Below, in pieces: positions 37,653-46,031 of a stretch of DNA of 64,000 nucleotides. Origin of the DNA: a virus (lineage: Duplodnaviria > Caudoviricetes). The notes under the pieces are model-generated. The model was not told the origin of the DNA. It saw only the letters and a list, made by a program, of their open reading frames with translations, and made no database searches. Location of the stretch: the IMG/VR virus record IMGVR_UViG_2974508059_000001, positions 96,001 to 160,000 of that record. The stretch is one strand, 5' to 3'. Positions within the stretch are counted from its first letter, which is position 1. Every line of letters begins with the position of its first letter. A program made the position numbers and the translations under genes.

Positions 37653-38551
37653 TGGGTATTAAATTGCAGTGGCCCTCCCAGAGCGCCAAAGGATTAAGTG
37701 CGATTGAGATTTATCGCACAACCGGTGTGACCCCGTCGCTTAACCGCAACAACTTGCCTGCCCCCTTGGCAACCCTTGCAGCGACAGCAACCGCGTACGA
37801 AGACACCACGGTGGTAGAAAAGACTGTCTACAACTATTGGGTCTGCAACGTGAAGAACGGTGAGCGTATCTTTACGGCCCCAATTCAACGGGGTTATTAT
37901 CTGGATACGGGTCCGGGGCCGACGGAGTTGAAGTACGGGAACTGGGATGCGGGTTACTTTGGCACCGTTGCCGTCAGTGACCTGTTTACCTTTCAGGAAA
38001 TGAACTCCCAACTGGGGATTTCTCTGTTCCAATACACGCCGGATTTCTATCACAAGTTTATCTTTAAAGGGCGCATTCTGTTCTACCCAAACATTCGGGT
38101 GATGGTTCAGACGTGGAGCAATGTCTACTTAGCGGGCTTAGCATGGGGCAGCAATGCGGTCGCCTACATTAAACCCAACGGTCCGGCAGACACCCCACAA
38201 GGTCGCACCGTCAGCAAGAATGGTCGAGCGTATAACGTCCGCTTGCCGTTCAGTGCGGAATACAGTGTGACCGGTGGCCCTACCCTCAGCCAAGATGCAA
38301 TTGCCAATTTGGGAGAGTGGCGAAACACGATGGAGCGGTTATTCCTCGTTCCTGGGACGATGTCGCGCTGGGGCAGTGCGCCGCCAGATTCCCCGAGTAA
38401 CACCTCGAGTCTCCAAACGACGATGTTTGCACAAGCCTACGGCACGGCTAATATCTGGGTGGAACTTGGGGGTGCGCCGCAGGCCATTACCACAAACACC
38501 CAAAACCAAGCGATGTCCACTATGCTGGTATTGGAATTGGTCTTACCGTAA
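37652..38551 (+). CDS. virion/tail-associated protein, cassette 2 gene c (paralog of 34272)
   Basis: WPSQSAKGLSAIEIYR, DTGPGP, AGYFG, GEWRNT, VLELVLP. Confidence 0.75.
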   Translation: MGIKLQWPSQSAKGLSAIEIYRTTGVTPSLNRNNLPAPLATLAATATAYEDTTVVEKTVYNYWVCNVKNGERIFTAPIQRGYYLDTGPGPTELKYGNWDAGYFGTVAVSDLFTFQEMNSQLGISLFQYTPDFYHKFIFKGRILFYPNIRVMVQTWSNVYLAGLAWGSNAVAYIKPNGPADTPQGRTVSKNGRAYNVRLPFSAEYSVTGGPTLSQDAIANLGEWRNTMERLFLVPGTMSRWGSAPPDSPSNTSSLQTTMFAQAYGTANIWVELGGAPQAITTNTQNQAMSTMLVLELVLP

Positions 38552-38556
38552 CACAA

Positions 38557-38606
38557 ATAAAAAGAACTACTCTCCCCAAAGGGAGAGTAGCCTTTATTTC
38601 TTTTTT
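38557..38606. terminator. bidirectional Rho-independent terminator
   Basis: A tract, CTACTCTCCC-CAAA-GGGAGAGTAG, T tract; lies between convergent genes. Confidence 0.8.
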
Positions 38607-38695
38607 CCACCACCGAGCAGACCGCCGACTGCGCCGACGACCGTCCCAACAGCAGAACCAACCCCACCCACGATGGCTGTGATGGGATCAGTCAC
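38594..38695 (-). CDS. putative 33-aa glycine-zipper hydrophobic peptide
   Basis: GTG start 4 nt after the 38700 stop; MTDPITAIVGGVGSAVGTVVGAVGGLLGGGKKK; no clear SD. Confidence 0.4.
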   Translation of the reverse strand: MTDPITAIVGGVGSAVGTVVGAVGGLLGGGKKK

Positions 38696-38699
38696 GGGC

Positions 38700-39209
38700 T
38701 TAGTTGAACCCGTTGAGTTCTCCGTTGGTGCCGGAGAGGTCGGTTTTGGCTTTGCTAATCGTCCACACCACAGCTTCACCGGGGAGAAATTTGGCGTGAC
38801 CGGCGTTGATAGCCACGGTCACGTCCGTTTTGGTTGCGTCTTCTGCGTTAGCATTAGAGGTGATGGTGATGTCAGACAGTGCCAGTGCATCGTCCGCGTG
38901 GTCTTGCTGGAGCATGGTGTTGAAATGCGCGAGCACTTCTTCATCCGTATCCCAGTTGGTCATTGAATCCTCAACCGGCATGTCGCCTTTGGCGTACGCC
39001 AGACGGTTGTAGGTCAGTTCTTTTGACCCAGCGAAGTTGGTGCTTGAACCTTTGGCTGTGATAGTCAGCTTGGTGTTCTTCGCATCTTCTTCAGCGGCTG
39101 CAACAACGGCAGCAAAGTCAACATCAGCCACGGTCAGTGGCGTCGGGAGGCTCGGGTTCGCTGCGTTAAACAGCTCAACCAACTGCTCCTGTGGGGTTTT
39201 AGTAGCCAT
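38700..39209 (-). CDS. virion structural protein (family A N-domain only)
   Basis: Start moved to MATKTPQEQLVELFNAANP; YNRL motif; ends KTDLSGTNGELNGF like 31833 and 35225. Confidence 0.7.
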   Translation of the reverse strand: MATKTPQEQLVELFNAANPSLPTPLTVADVDFAAVVAAAEEDAKNTKLTITAKGSSTNFAGSKELTYNRLAYAKGDMPVEDSMTNWDTDEEVLAHFNTMLQQDHADDALALSDITITSNANAEDATKTDVTVAINAGHAKFLPGEAVVWTISKAKTDLSGTNGELNGFN

Positions 39210-39345
39210 CTCTCTTCCCTTTATAAAGTTGACAACGGTTGTCATAAAAAAGCCCAGTGGGTCAAAATAACGCAAGGCCCACTATAGTATGACCCGTATT
39301 TCCCGGGCAAAAAATAATCGAAAAGCTCACACAGAGGACAGTCTC

Positions 39346-39882
39346 ATGTTACGTTTTATTGCTGCATTTTTCGTTGCAATGTTGTTAGGGGGTTGCGCAC
39401 TTACCACAACCAATGGCCAGTTCTCGACGGCACCTGTCGCCCCAACGGACTTTGTAACGTACACCTGCACCGGTGCACAGGAGACCTTTGTCAACTGGCG
39501 ACCTGATGTGGCACAAGTTAAACTTTACCCGGTTGCCGTGACTGTTATCGACAACGGCAGCAATTGGGTAGCCACCTTCCCCGGTGGGAAAGTGGAATCG
39601 CCTCAGCTCTATAAAGATTTGCTCGGCAAAGTGGACGGCAGTGTTGACCTGTTACAAGGTACACGCTACTACCGCTTGAACACGACCCCGCCCACCTACT
39701 CGTACTCCACGGTTGACATGAGTGGGAACGGTTCGGGAGCCACCTTCTTTCGCTGTCAGGTAGGTACCGGTGACGCTGCTACTGCTGCTGCAACCCCTGC
39801 TTCTTCTCTTACTCCATCTGATGCTGCGCAAGCACCCGCATCTGCCCCTGCGGCTGTCGTAGCCCCGGTGGCGAACAAATAA
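39346..39882 (+). CDS. putative lipoprotein
   Basis: MLRFIAAFFVAMLLGG-C lipobox; GAGGA SD; Ala/Pro-rich tail. Confidence 0.75.
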   Translation: MLRFIAAFFVAMLLGGCALTTTNGQFSTAPVAPTDFVTYTCTGAQETFVNWRPDVAQVKLYPVAVTVIDNGSNWVATFPGGKVESPQLYKDLLGKVDGSVDLLQGTRYYRLNTTPPTYSYSTVDMSGNGSGATFFRCQVGTGDAATAAATPASSLTPSDAAQAPASAPAAVVAPVANK

Positions 39883-39887
39883 AAGCA

Positions 39888-39925
39888 GTACCCCACTCCA
39901 ATGAGTGGGGTACCTTTCTTTTTTT
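39888..39925. terminator. Rho-independent terminator
   Basis: GTACCCCACTC-CAAT-GAGTGGGGTAC plus T tract. Confidence 0.8.
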
Positions 39926-39981
39926 ATTTGCACACAGAACGCCCTGTAAGCCATTCTAAGCGCTTTACCGTAATAACCGTA

Positions 39982-40668
39982 CTACGCGACCGATTCCAAG
40001 TTAGCGTTCTCGAGAGCGATGCCTGGGTCGGTTAAGAAGGCACGTTTGATGTTGCGGTACTTCACGTTGGTGGCTTCACCGGATTCTAACGCGTGGCGTT
40101 CCCCGATTGGGACTGCCGGTTCAATGTACGGACGAAAGAACAGGTAGTTACGGGCGTACTCCACGGTAGACTCTTTGAACTCGGTGTAGTGGCAATCGGA
40201 GTTGTCATCGTTGTACGCTGACTGGCCGAAGAGGTGCACGGCATCGTAGAACGACGCTGCAATCGCCTCGCCCACACCGGTGGCTTGCATGGTGCGCAAG
40301 AACATCAAGTCCGCAAAGTCTTTATCCACGGCCCCACTTAACCGTCCTGCTGGGGTGTCCGGGTAGGTGGCTACCGACGGGCACTTCTGGTACAGGAGGT
40401 CGTGCAGACATGCCGCCACCGCCCACGGGCCATTGGGTTTCAACACCGACTGAAGCATATCCGGGATACTCGCCATATCGGTGACAAACCCACGGGGTAC
40501 TGTGATGTAGAACAGGTCATCAGGCAGCACACCCGTGAGCGACACCATACGGTCTAGCCCCGGGGCATTACGGTAGATTGTGCGTAGCGTAAACGGGTAG
40601 TGGAAATCCTGCGTCAGGATAAACCATTTCCCCTCCAACACTTTATAAGTGAAATCCATCGGGCTCAT
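39982..40668 (-). CDS. DUF1353 domain protein
   Basis: ITVPRGFVTDMASIP......AACLHDLLY....ADLMF..M.........Y.AV..FG. Confidence 0.85.
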   Translation of the reverse strand: MSPMDFTYKVLEGKWFILTQDFHYPFTLRTIYRNAPGLDRMVSLTGVLPDDLFYITVPRGFVTDMASIPDMLQSVLKPNGPWAVAACLHDLLYQKCPSVATYPDTPAGRLSGAVDKDFADLMFLRTMQATGVGEAIAASFYDAVHLFGQSAYNDDNSDCHYTEFKESTVEYARNYLFFRPYIEPAVPIGERHALESGEATNVKYRNIKRAFLTDPGIALENANLESVA

Positions 40669-40778
40669 TCTTCCACCTTGCCGAACAGGCGACTAATGAA
40701 CAACACCAAAGCGACTGCGCCCAATCCTTGTTGAACTACCGCAGGTTTTTCTTGTACAGCTGCTTCGGTCTTTCGCAT
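40665..40778 (-). CDS. 37-aa single-TM peptide (not in ORF track), candidate lysis accessory
   Basis: MRKTEAAVQEKPAVVQQGLGAVALVLFISRLFGKVEE; GGGGGA SD after the endolysin stop; ATGA overlap with the DUF1353 gene. Confidence 0.6.
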   Translation of the reverse strand: MRKTEAAVQEKPAVVQQGLGAVALVLFISRLFGKVEE

Positions 40779-40786
40779 GTTTCCCC

Positions 40787-41371
40787 CTAGCCAAATAAGG
40801 CCTTCGCGTAAGTACGCATTTCACCCCAGATGCGACCCAACCAACCGTAGGTGAAGGTCTCGTTCGCTTTACGCTTCTCAGAGATATCCACGTAGTGGTA
40901 GGTCTGCATCCCGGTCAAACCAACCAGCAGGTAATTCATGCCCTCTGCACCGCGTTTTGCGAAGAACGCTTTCAGTGCAGTCAGGGTCTTCGTTCCCATG
41001 CCTTTGTCAACCACGAGATCAGCGTAATGGGTCTCTTGGTTGTTCAGCACGTTCAGAAGACGTTGCAGAGATTCCACAGCGTTTGCACGACCGGCATTGA
41101 TAGCATAGTCGAACAGACGGTCAGCCAGAAGCGGATTGAGGGCGAGGATATCATCCAGATAAAGCTTGTTCCACCAAAGTTTAACATAGATGTCTAACGC
41201 CGTTGACTGTGGCATCGAGACCATGGGGCCGGTGTAGCCATAATCCAGTGCCGTTGCTTTTGTGATGCCCCAGATGGTTTCACCACCGAGGTCGTTCTTG
41301 TTGTTGACATATCCCGCCTCGATATTCACTTTGGCGCGGATGATGCCTTCTCGACTGAAACGGTCTGCCAT
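40787..41371 (-). CDS. endolysin, glycoside hydrolase family 108 with C-terminal peptidoglycan-binding domain
   Basis: EAGYVNNKNDLGGETIWGIT (EGGY..D.GG.T..GI), FDYAINAG, LQRLLN, D..MG.KT, F.YGW..R. Confidence 0.9.
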   Translation of the reverse strand: MADRFSREGIIRAKVNIEAGYVNNKNDLGGETIWGITKATALDYGYTGPMVSMPQSTALDIYVKLWWNKLYLDDILALNPLLADRLFDYAINAGRANAVESLQRLLNVLNNQETHYADLVVDKGMGTKTLTALKAFFAKRGAEGMNYLLVGLTGMQTYHYVDISEKRKANETFTYGWLGRIWGEMRTYAKALFG

Positions 41372-41430
41372 TACTCTTTCCTCTTTCTCTTTGTGATTCG
41401 CACTGCGCGAAAGGTCATAACAAACCGCAA

Positions 41431-41463
41431 ATAAAAAGAAGAAAGGGTGCCCCGAAGGGCACC
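41431..41463 (-). terminator. Rho-independent terminator ending the radical SAM operon
   Basis: Minus strand GGTGCCC-TTCG-GGGCACC plus CTTTCTTCTTTTT. Confidence 0.8.
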
Positions 41464-41467
41464 ACTG

Positions 41468-42109
41468 TTATTCTACCGACGGATTAAACTCCGCCGCGTC
41501 GAGTGAGGCGTAATCGCCCTGCTCCGCAAATGCACGGATACGGGTTTTGTACGCGGTCAACTGAACGTGCAGCTGTGCGTTACGTGCGACAATCAGAGAG
41601 TACAGCATCTCTGTGTCTTTCGCTTCCCACTCTTCCAGCGCTTGGTTATCGGCAGTCACCCAATACTCCGGCACGGTGTTCGTTTGCACGAAGCCGGCCA
41701 GGGTGGTCAGGGTCTCACCTGCGGTCTGGAACATGTGGTCTTTGTACGCAATGTCAGCCGTGACCGCTTCACCGTACGCTGCATTAGTGGCCTGAAGTTT
41801 CTTGGCCAGCAGAGTATAGCAATACGCTTTGGTCGACTGCAACTCTTTGAGGTAATCCTTCACCTGAATCCCCAACACGTCTTTGATAAACGTTTTGGTT
41901 TGGCGTAGGGTGTAGTTGGCTTCGAACTGGGTCTGCCCCTGCTCTTGCAACTGACGCAGTGCATCTTTCTCACTGAGTCCCTCTAAGAGTGCGTAGTGTA
42001 AACGCTTGGCCAGCGTGACATCGCCGTTGGGGTCAAAGAACAACCCGTTGCGGTCAATCTGGCCATCGCCGTTTTCAAACCGCGCTTTTATCTCGTCAGC
42101 ACTAAGCAT
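41468..42109 (-). CDS. DUF4376-like tail fibre assembly protein
   Basis: C-terminal IAYKDHMFQT......YWVTADNQ..........LH......K..I pattern typical of DUF4376. Confidence 0.6.
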   Translation of the reverse strand: MLSADEIKARFENGDGQIDRNGLFFDPNGDVTLAKRLHYALLEGLSEKDALRQLQEQGQTQFEANYTLRQTKTFIKDVLGIQVKDYLKELQSTKAYCYTLLAKKLQATNAAYGEAVTADIAYKDHMFQTAGETLTTLAGFVQTNTVPEYWVTADNQALEEWEAKDTEMLYSLIVARNAQLHVQLTAYKTRIRAFAEQGDYASLDAAEFNPSVE

Positions 42110-42636
42110 TCTTTCTCTCCCACGAATCCAACTTTGGTCAACATGTCATAGGACATGATTTCAAAGTCGATACGAAGATCCAGACGGTACTGCAAGTTCG
42201 GCAACGGCTGGTCATTTTCTTGGAACGCCTGCATGAACATCATGTCATCGAAGTAATGACACGCGCTCTCGGGGTTGCGCACCATCCAGACCGGGACATC
42301 CGGGAAGGACAGACACAGTGCCACCAGAGAATCACCGCCACGATCGATAGTGCCGGTACGCAGGATGTTTACCTTTGAAGCAGGGGCCGCCAGAATACGC
42401 GCTTCGAAACCCGGGTTACGCTTTTCGATTTCTGCTAACGAGTCGTGGCCGTTCTCCACGCACTGAATCGGCAGGACAACGTTAAGAGCAAAACGGTTAA
42501 TCAAACGCAGCCAGTGATCGTTGAAATCATCGGCAGGCACGATAGCGTGAATGTTAAACAGCTTATAATGCTGTAAGAACGCTTCGATTTTGCGACTATC
42601 GTACTTCGTAAAATTCTGGAGAAGCAGGCTTTTCAT
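42088..42636 (-). CDS. hypothetical protein in the radical SAM operon
   Basis: 182 aa, overlapping both neighbours. Confidence 0.7.
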   Translation of the reverse strand: MKSLLLQNFTKYDSRKIEAFLQHYKLFNIHAIVPADDFNDHWLRLINRFALNVVLPIQCVENGHDSLAEIEKRNPGFEARILAAPASKVNILRTGTIDRGGDSLVALCLSFPDVPVWMVRNPESACHYFDDMMFMQAFQENDQPLPNLQYRLDLRIDFEIMSYDMLTKVGFVGEKECLVLTR

Positions 42637-43993
42637 TCTTGAATTGTTCCTTGCGGTCAGTTTGTTCCACAGCCATGGTCATCTCACGGATGGCGGTGAC
42701 GTGTAAAGGCTGTTCTGCAGCTTCGCGGGTGAGTTTCTCTTCAACAGCAAAGTTGCGCTTCTGTTGGCACTGGTAACAGTTACAAACAGACTTGTCGTAC
42801 TGCGATTCGTACGACCCGAAACGTTGTTTCCACCACTGCGCCACTAAGAGCTTCGCGGTAGTCCAACCACACTGGCGACGTTCGCCGTGATACTCTTTAC
42901 GAGCGTCTTCTTCACCGTCGCCATTTTCATACGCCGCCGCCACGCACGAGGCACACAGGTGCTTCGCTGGGCAACCGATACACTGGTCAGGATACGACTT
43001 CCACTGTTCCTGAACTTCGGCCAGCAGTTTACCGCCGTCGGTGTTCACGATGGTTTGACCTTCGAGCTTACCGATGGCCTGACGGGTGGTTACCGTGGAC
43101 ATGAAGCGGTTACAACCGAAGATGTTACGGTCGAAGCCGAGACAAGTCATGTACACCGTGGTGCCGCAGTGCGGACGCAGACGTTGTGGGTCGTAGCGTA
43201 CAGAGTCATCATGGATGAGCTTCTCACGCCAGTCCGGGTTCCACAGTTGGTCAACATCCAGACCGTCCGGCAGCACGTGACCGATTTCAGAGTTCTGGTC
43301 TAAGTGCAGACCTTTCTCAATGAAATACTCCGCCACTTCGATGAACTGGTTGGCAATCTCGAGTGCCATCTGGCGCGGTAACACGTCTTCGAAAACGACG
43401 TTACCGTACAGACGACCGCCCCCGGTCACATCAATCAGCGACTTCATCCCAGCACCGTACTGCATCAGCGTTTCTTTCGTGAAGGTGGCTTTCACCCCAA
43501 TCTCACGAACACCGATTTCTTGCAGAAGCTTATAGCCGGCGACCGCTGCTTGGTAAGACCCTTGACGGGACGTGGTGAAGATACGGTACTTATCGTGGGT
43601 CTCGGGCAGACCATCGATAGAGACACCGATCGACAGGTAATCTTTCCAGCGATTCAGAATCTCCAGCGCCAGCGGTTTGTCAAACAACGTGCCGTTGGTG
43701 GAGATAGAGAACACGTAAGGCAGATTGTGCTTTTTGCACAGCTCTTCTGCGGTTTCGAAGGCCGCTTTCAGCAGCTTCGGCTGCATGAAGGGTTCGCCAC
43801 CGATGATATCGATGATGATACCGTCGATACCTTGGTTCTTCGAGAAGAAGCGATGTTTATCGCGATTAAAGCAGGCGTGAATAAAATCAACGACATCAGC
43901 GACTTTGTTATTACGCGGATACTTACGCTCGTAGCAATACTCACAGTCGAGGTTGCACGATAGGTTGGTGACTATCTGGTAGGTTGCATCCAT
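42596..43993 (-). CDS. radical SAM/SPASM peptide maturase (CXXX-repeat target family-like)
   Basis: CNLDCEYC, IIGGEPF, ISTNGT, VSIDG..HD..R....GSY, NVVFED, SPASM cysteines (HCGT..GCNRF..CIGCPAKHLCASC..CGW), extra CNCYQC. Confidence 0.92.
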   Translation of the reverse strand: MDATYQIVTNLSCNLDCEYCYERKYPRNNKVADVVDFIHACFNRDKHRFFSKNQGIDGIIIDIIGGEPFMQPKLLKAAFETAEELCKKHNLPYVFSISTNGTLFDKPLALEILNRWKDYLSIGVSIDGLPETHDKYRIFTTSRQGSYQAAVAGYKLLQEIGVREIGVKATFTKETLMQYGAGMKSLIDVTGGGRLYGNVVFEDVLPRQMALEIANQFIEVAEYFIEKGLHLDQNSEIGHVLPDGLDVDQLWNPDWREKLIHDDSVRYDPQRLRPHCGTTVYMTCLGFDRNIFGCNRFMSTVTTRQAIGKLEGQTIVNTDGGKLLAEVQEQWKSYPDQCIGCPAKHLCASCVAAAYENGDGEEDARKEYHGERRQCGWTTAKLLVAQWWKQRFGSYESQYDKSVCNCYQCQQKRNFAVEEKLTREAAEQPLHVTAIREMTMAVEQTDRKEQFKNEKPASPEFYEVR

Positions 43994-44005
43994 CCCTATC
44001 TCCCC

Positions 44006-44890
44006 TTATTTTTTAATTGGATTAAGCCAGTTCATGATGTAACGGTAGCCGTGCTCACCGATGGCCAGTGCAATCTTGTTGCAGCCACGGTCCACGACCA
44101 TCTCAACGTTCTCAGGAACTTGCAGGTCGCCATTCGGTTGACTGACGATAATTTCACTACAGGCATTACACGCATCTTCTTCGAAGAACTTCTCGAGCTT
44201 GATGATGGTGTCACGCTTGTTAATGCGGTTGAGCTTACGCATGTTGTCTTGCAGACGCTCAAAGCCGTACACGAAGTTTAACACGTGGTCAGGCGACAGC
44301 ACTTTCTTCATCTGGTTATCGAACAGGTAGTTCATGCCGAGGAAACCAAGATGGTGAATGGCGTCTTGCATTTTCATCATGCCTTCGTGCCAGCGCATGT
44401 CCCCGATCTTCTCACGGGTTAACACTGACCAGAGGATAACGTTGTCCAGCTGGGCGATGACTTCAAACGCTTCGGTATCACCGGAACGAGCAAAGTCCAT
44501 TAAACCACGGGCATCATCTTCGTAACCGTCGATGGAGACCACAACACGATGGAAGGTTTTCAAAAACTCGACTTGCTCTAAACGTAACTTACGTCCGTTT
44601 GTGAAAAGATAGTGCACGGCAGAAGGACGTTCTACGCGCATCATCTCGACCGACTCGACGAGTTTACGGTAAGACAGTAACGGCTCACCCCCCGTCCAGA
44701 TGATCTCTTCCACACCGGGATTCTTTTTCAGTAACTCCATCATTGCCTCTTCATGGGTTTTACGAGACACGTCCCCTTTGACCATGTGAATCTCACCCGC
44801 ACAAAACGAACAATTGAGGTTACACTTCGACGTCAATGCTACGTTAATGGTCTTTGCAGGTGAGTAAACATCTTTACTTAACGTTCTCAT
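44006..44890 (-). CDS. radical SAM protein (short C-terminal Cys cluster)
   Basis: CNLNCSFC, WTGGEPLL, FTNG, VSIDG; CNAC...GC near the C-terminus. Confidence 0.9.
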   Translation of the reverse strand: MRTLSKDVYSPAKTINVALTSKCNLNCSFCAGEIHMVKGDVSRKTHEEAMMELLKKNPGVEEIIWTGGEPLLSYRKLVESVEMMRVERPSAVHYLFTNGRKLRLEQVEFLKTFHRVVVSIDGYEDDARGLMDFARSGDTEAFEVIAQLDNVILWSVLTREKIGDMRWHEGMMKMQDAIHHLGFLGMNYLFDNQMKKVLSPDHVLNFVYGFERLQDNMRKLNRINKRDTIIKLEKFFEEDACNACSEIIVSQPNGDLQVPENVEMVVDRGCNKIALAIGEHGYRYIMNWLNPIKK

Positions 44891-45800
44891 CCGTCATTCC
44901 GTACAGGCGACGTTGGAAAGAGAACAGTGGGTCGGTGTCTCGTACATCTTCACCCGCCTTTAACAGACGTGGTGAGCGATACGCATCGTACAGTGCGTTA
45001 AGAACGGATTGACGCTCACCCATGCGGATAAGGTCGTCCAGTTCAACCGGGGACGAAATAAACGGTTCCAGCGCAGCCTGTTGTTCGTCGGTGAACTCTT
45101 TCAGCTGTGACTGGAGCAGGAAGCGAATCAGTTTGCGATCATCCGCCGTGGAGTTCGGGACAGCGCCAAACTCAGTCTGACAGAGATAGGCCATCCACGG
45201 TTTACGGATGCGGAGTGTTTGCGCATGCGGGTCTGCGATGTAGACCCACTCTTGCTTCTCTGCATCCCATGCAAACTTATAACTAAACGCGAGTAAGTCT
45301 GCCAAGCAGTCGATATTCGCGGCTTCAAGGCCAGAGAACGGGTGATACATTTCACGGTCTTTCTCCACGCTTCCAGTGCCGGCTTCCACCAGTTTGAATA
45401 AGTGGGACCAGCTTCCGCAGTAATCGCTGCTGTAGCTACGCACGCACACCGGACGCATGCCGAGTTCTTTAAAGGACTCGAACATCAGTTCCAGTGGTGC
45501 ACTATAGTTCAGTACCGAATCTGTGAAAAAATACTTGTCGTTGACAAGCTTCCCGGTAAAACCAGAACCGCCTAAGGCGAACTGAATGGATTTCACGTTC
45601 AGCTTGCCCACCGTGGTCGCATCAATCACGGTGTACTCTTTTTTCGTAAAGTTGCGACCGCGAAGCTTAGGCCATTCAAACTGGTCCATGGCAATCAGCC
45701 GCAGCTCGTCGTTGATGTGTGCGTTAACACTGTCCGGTGACGAGATGTGAATTGGGTAATTCATGCTCGTGCGGTACGCAAGATGATCGTTACTCTTCAT
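44874..45800 (-). CDS. hypothetical protein in the radical SAM operon
   Basis: 308 aa, AGGGGA SD, overlaps the rSAM gene. Confidence 0.75.
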   Translation of the reverse strand: MKSNDHLAYRTSMNYPIHISSPDSVNAHINDELRLIAMDQFEWPKLRGRNFTKKEYTVIDATTVGKLNVKSIQFALGGSGFTGKLVNDKYFFTDSVLNYSAPLELMFESFKELGMRPVCVRSYSSDYCGSWSHLFKLVEAGTGSVEKDREMYHPFSGLEAANIDCLADLLAFSYKFAWDAEKQEWVYIADPHAQTLRIRKPWMAYLCQTEFGAVPNSTADDRKLIRFLLQSQLKEFTDEQQAALEPFISSPVELDDLIRMGERQSVLNALYDAYRSPRLLKAGEDVRDTDPLFSFQRRLYGMTDENVK

Positions 45801-45812
45801 TAGGTTCCCCTG

Positions 45813-46022
45813 TTAACTCGGGAAGGAGACTGATTTCGCACCGCCTGAGCTACTCCAGCTACAGGTTCCGCCGCAGTTGTACGCGCCAGCACGAATCCCA
45901 CCCAAGTTGTTGGTGTTGTTACACGTTCCACGGTTGGCGATATAATCAACCGCCTGTCCCGTGGTAATATAGCGTTCGATGCTCGCCACGCGGTTACCGA
46001 TGTCTTTCAAGCTTACTGCCAT
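45813..46022 (-). CDS. short paralog of the Cys-rich repeat peptides
   Basis: MAVSLK leader, NNTNNLGG, CGGTCSWS; GGAG SD. Confidence 0.75.
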   Translation of the reverse strand: MAVSLKDIGNRVASIERYITTGQAVDYIANRGTCNNTNNLGGIRAGAYNCGGTCSWSSSGGAKSVSFPS

Positions 46023-46031
46023 AGCCTACTC

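Noticed and set aside
42596-44890. Radical SAM genes as anaerobic RNR activase (NrdG), QueE or anaerobic sulfatase maturase
   Set aside because: No nrdD, que genes or sulfatase is adjacent. The SPASM domain plus neighbouring CXXX peptides fit a peptide maturase better.
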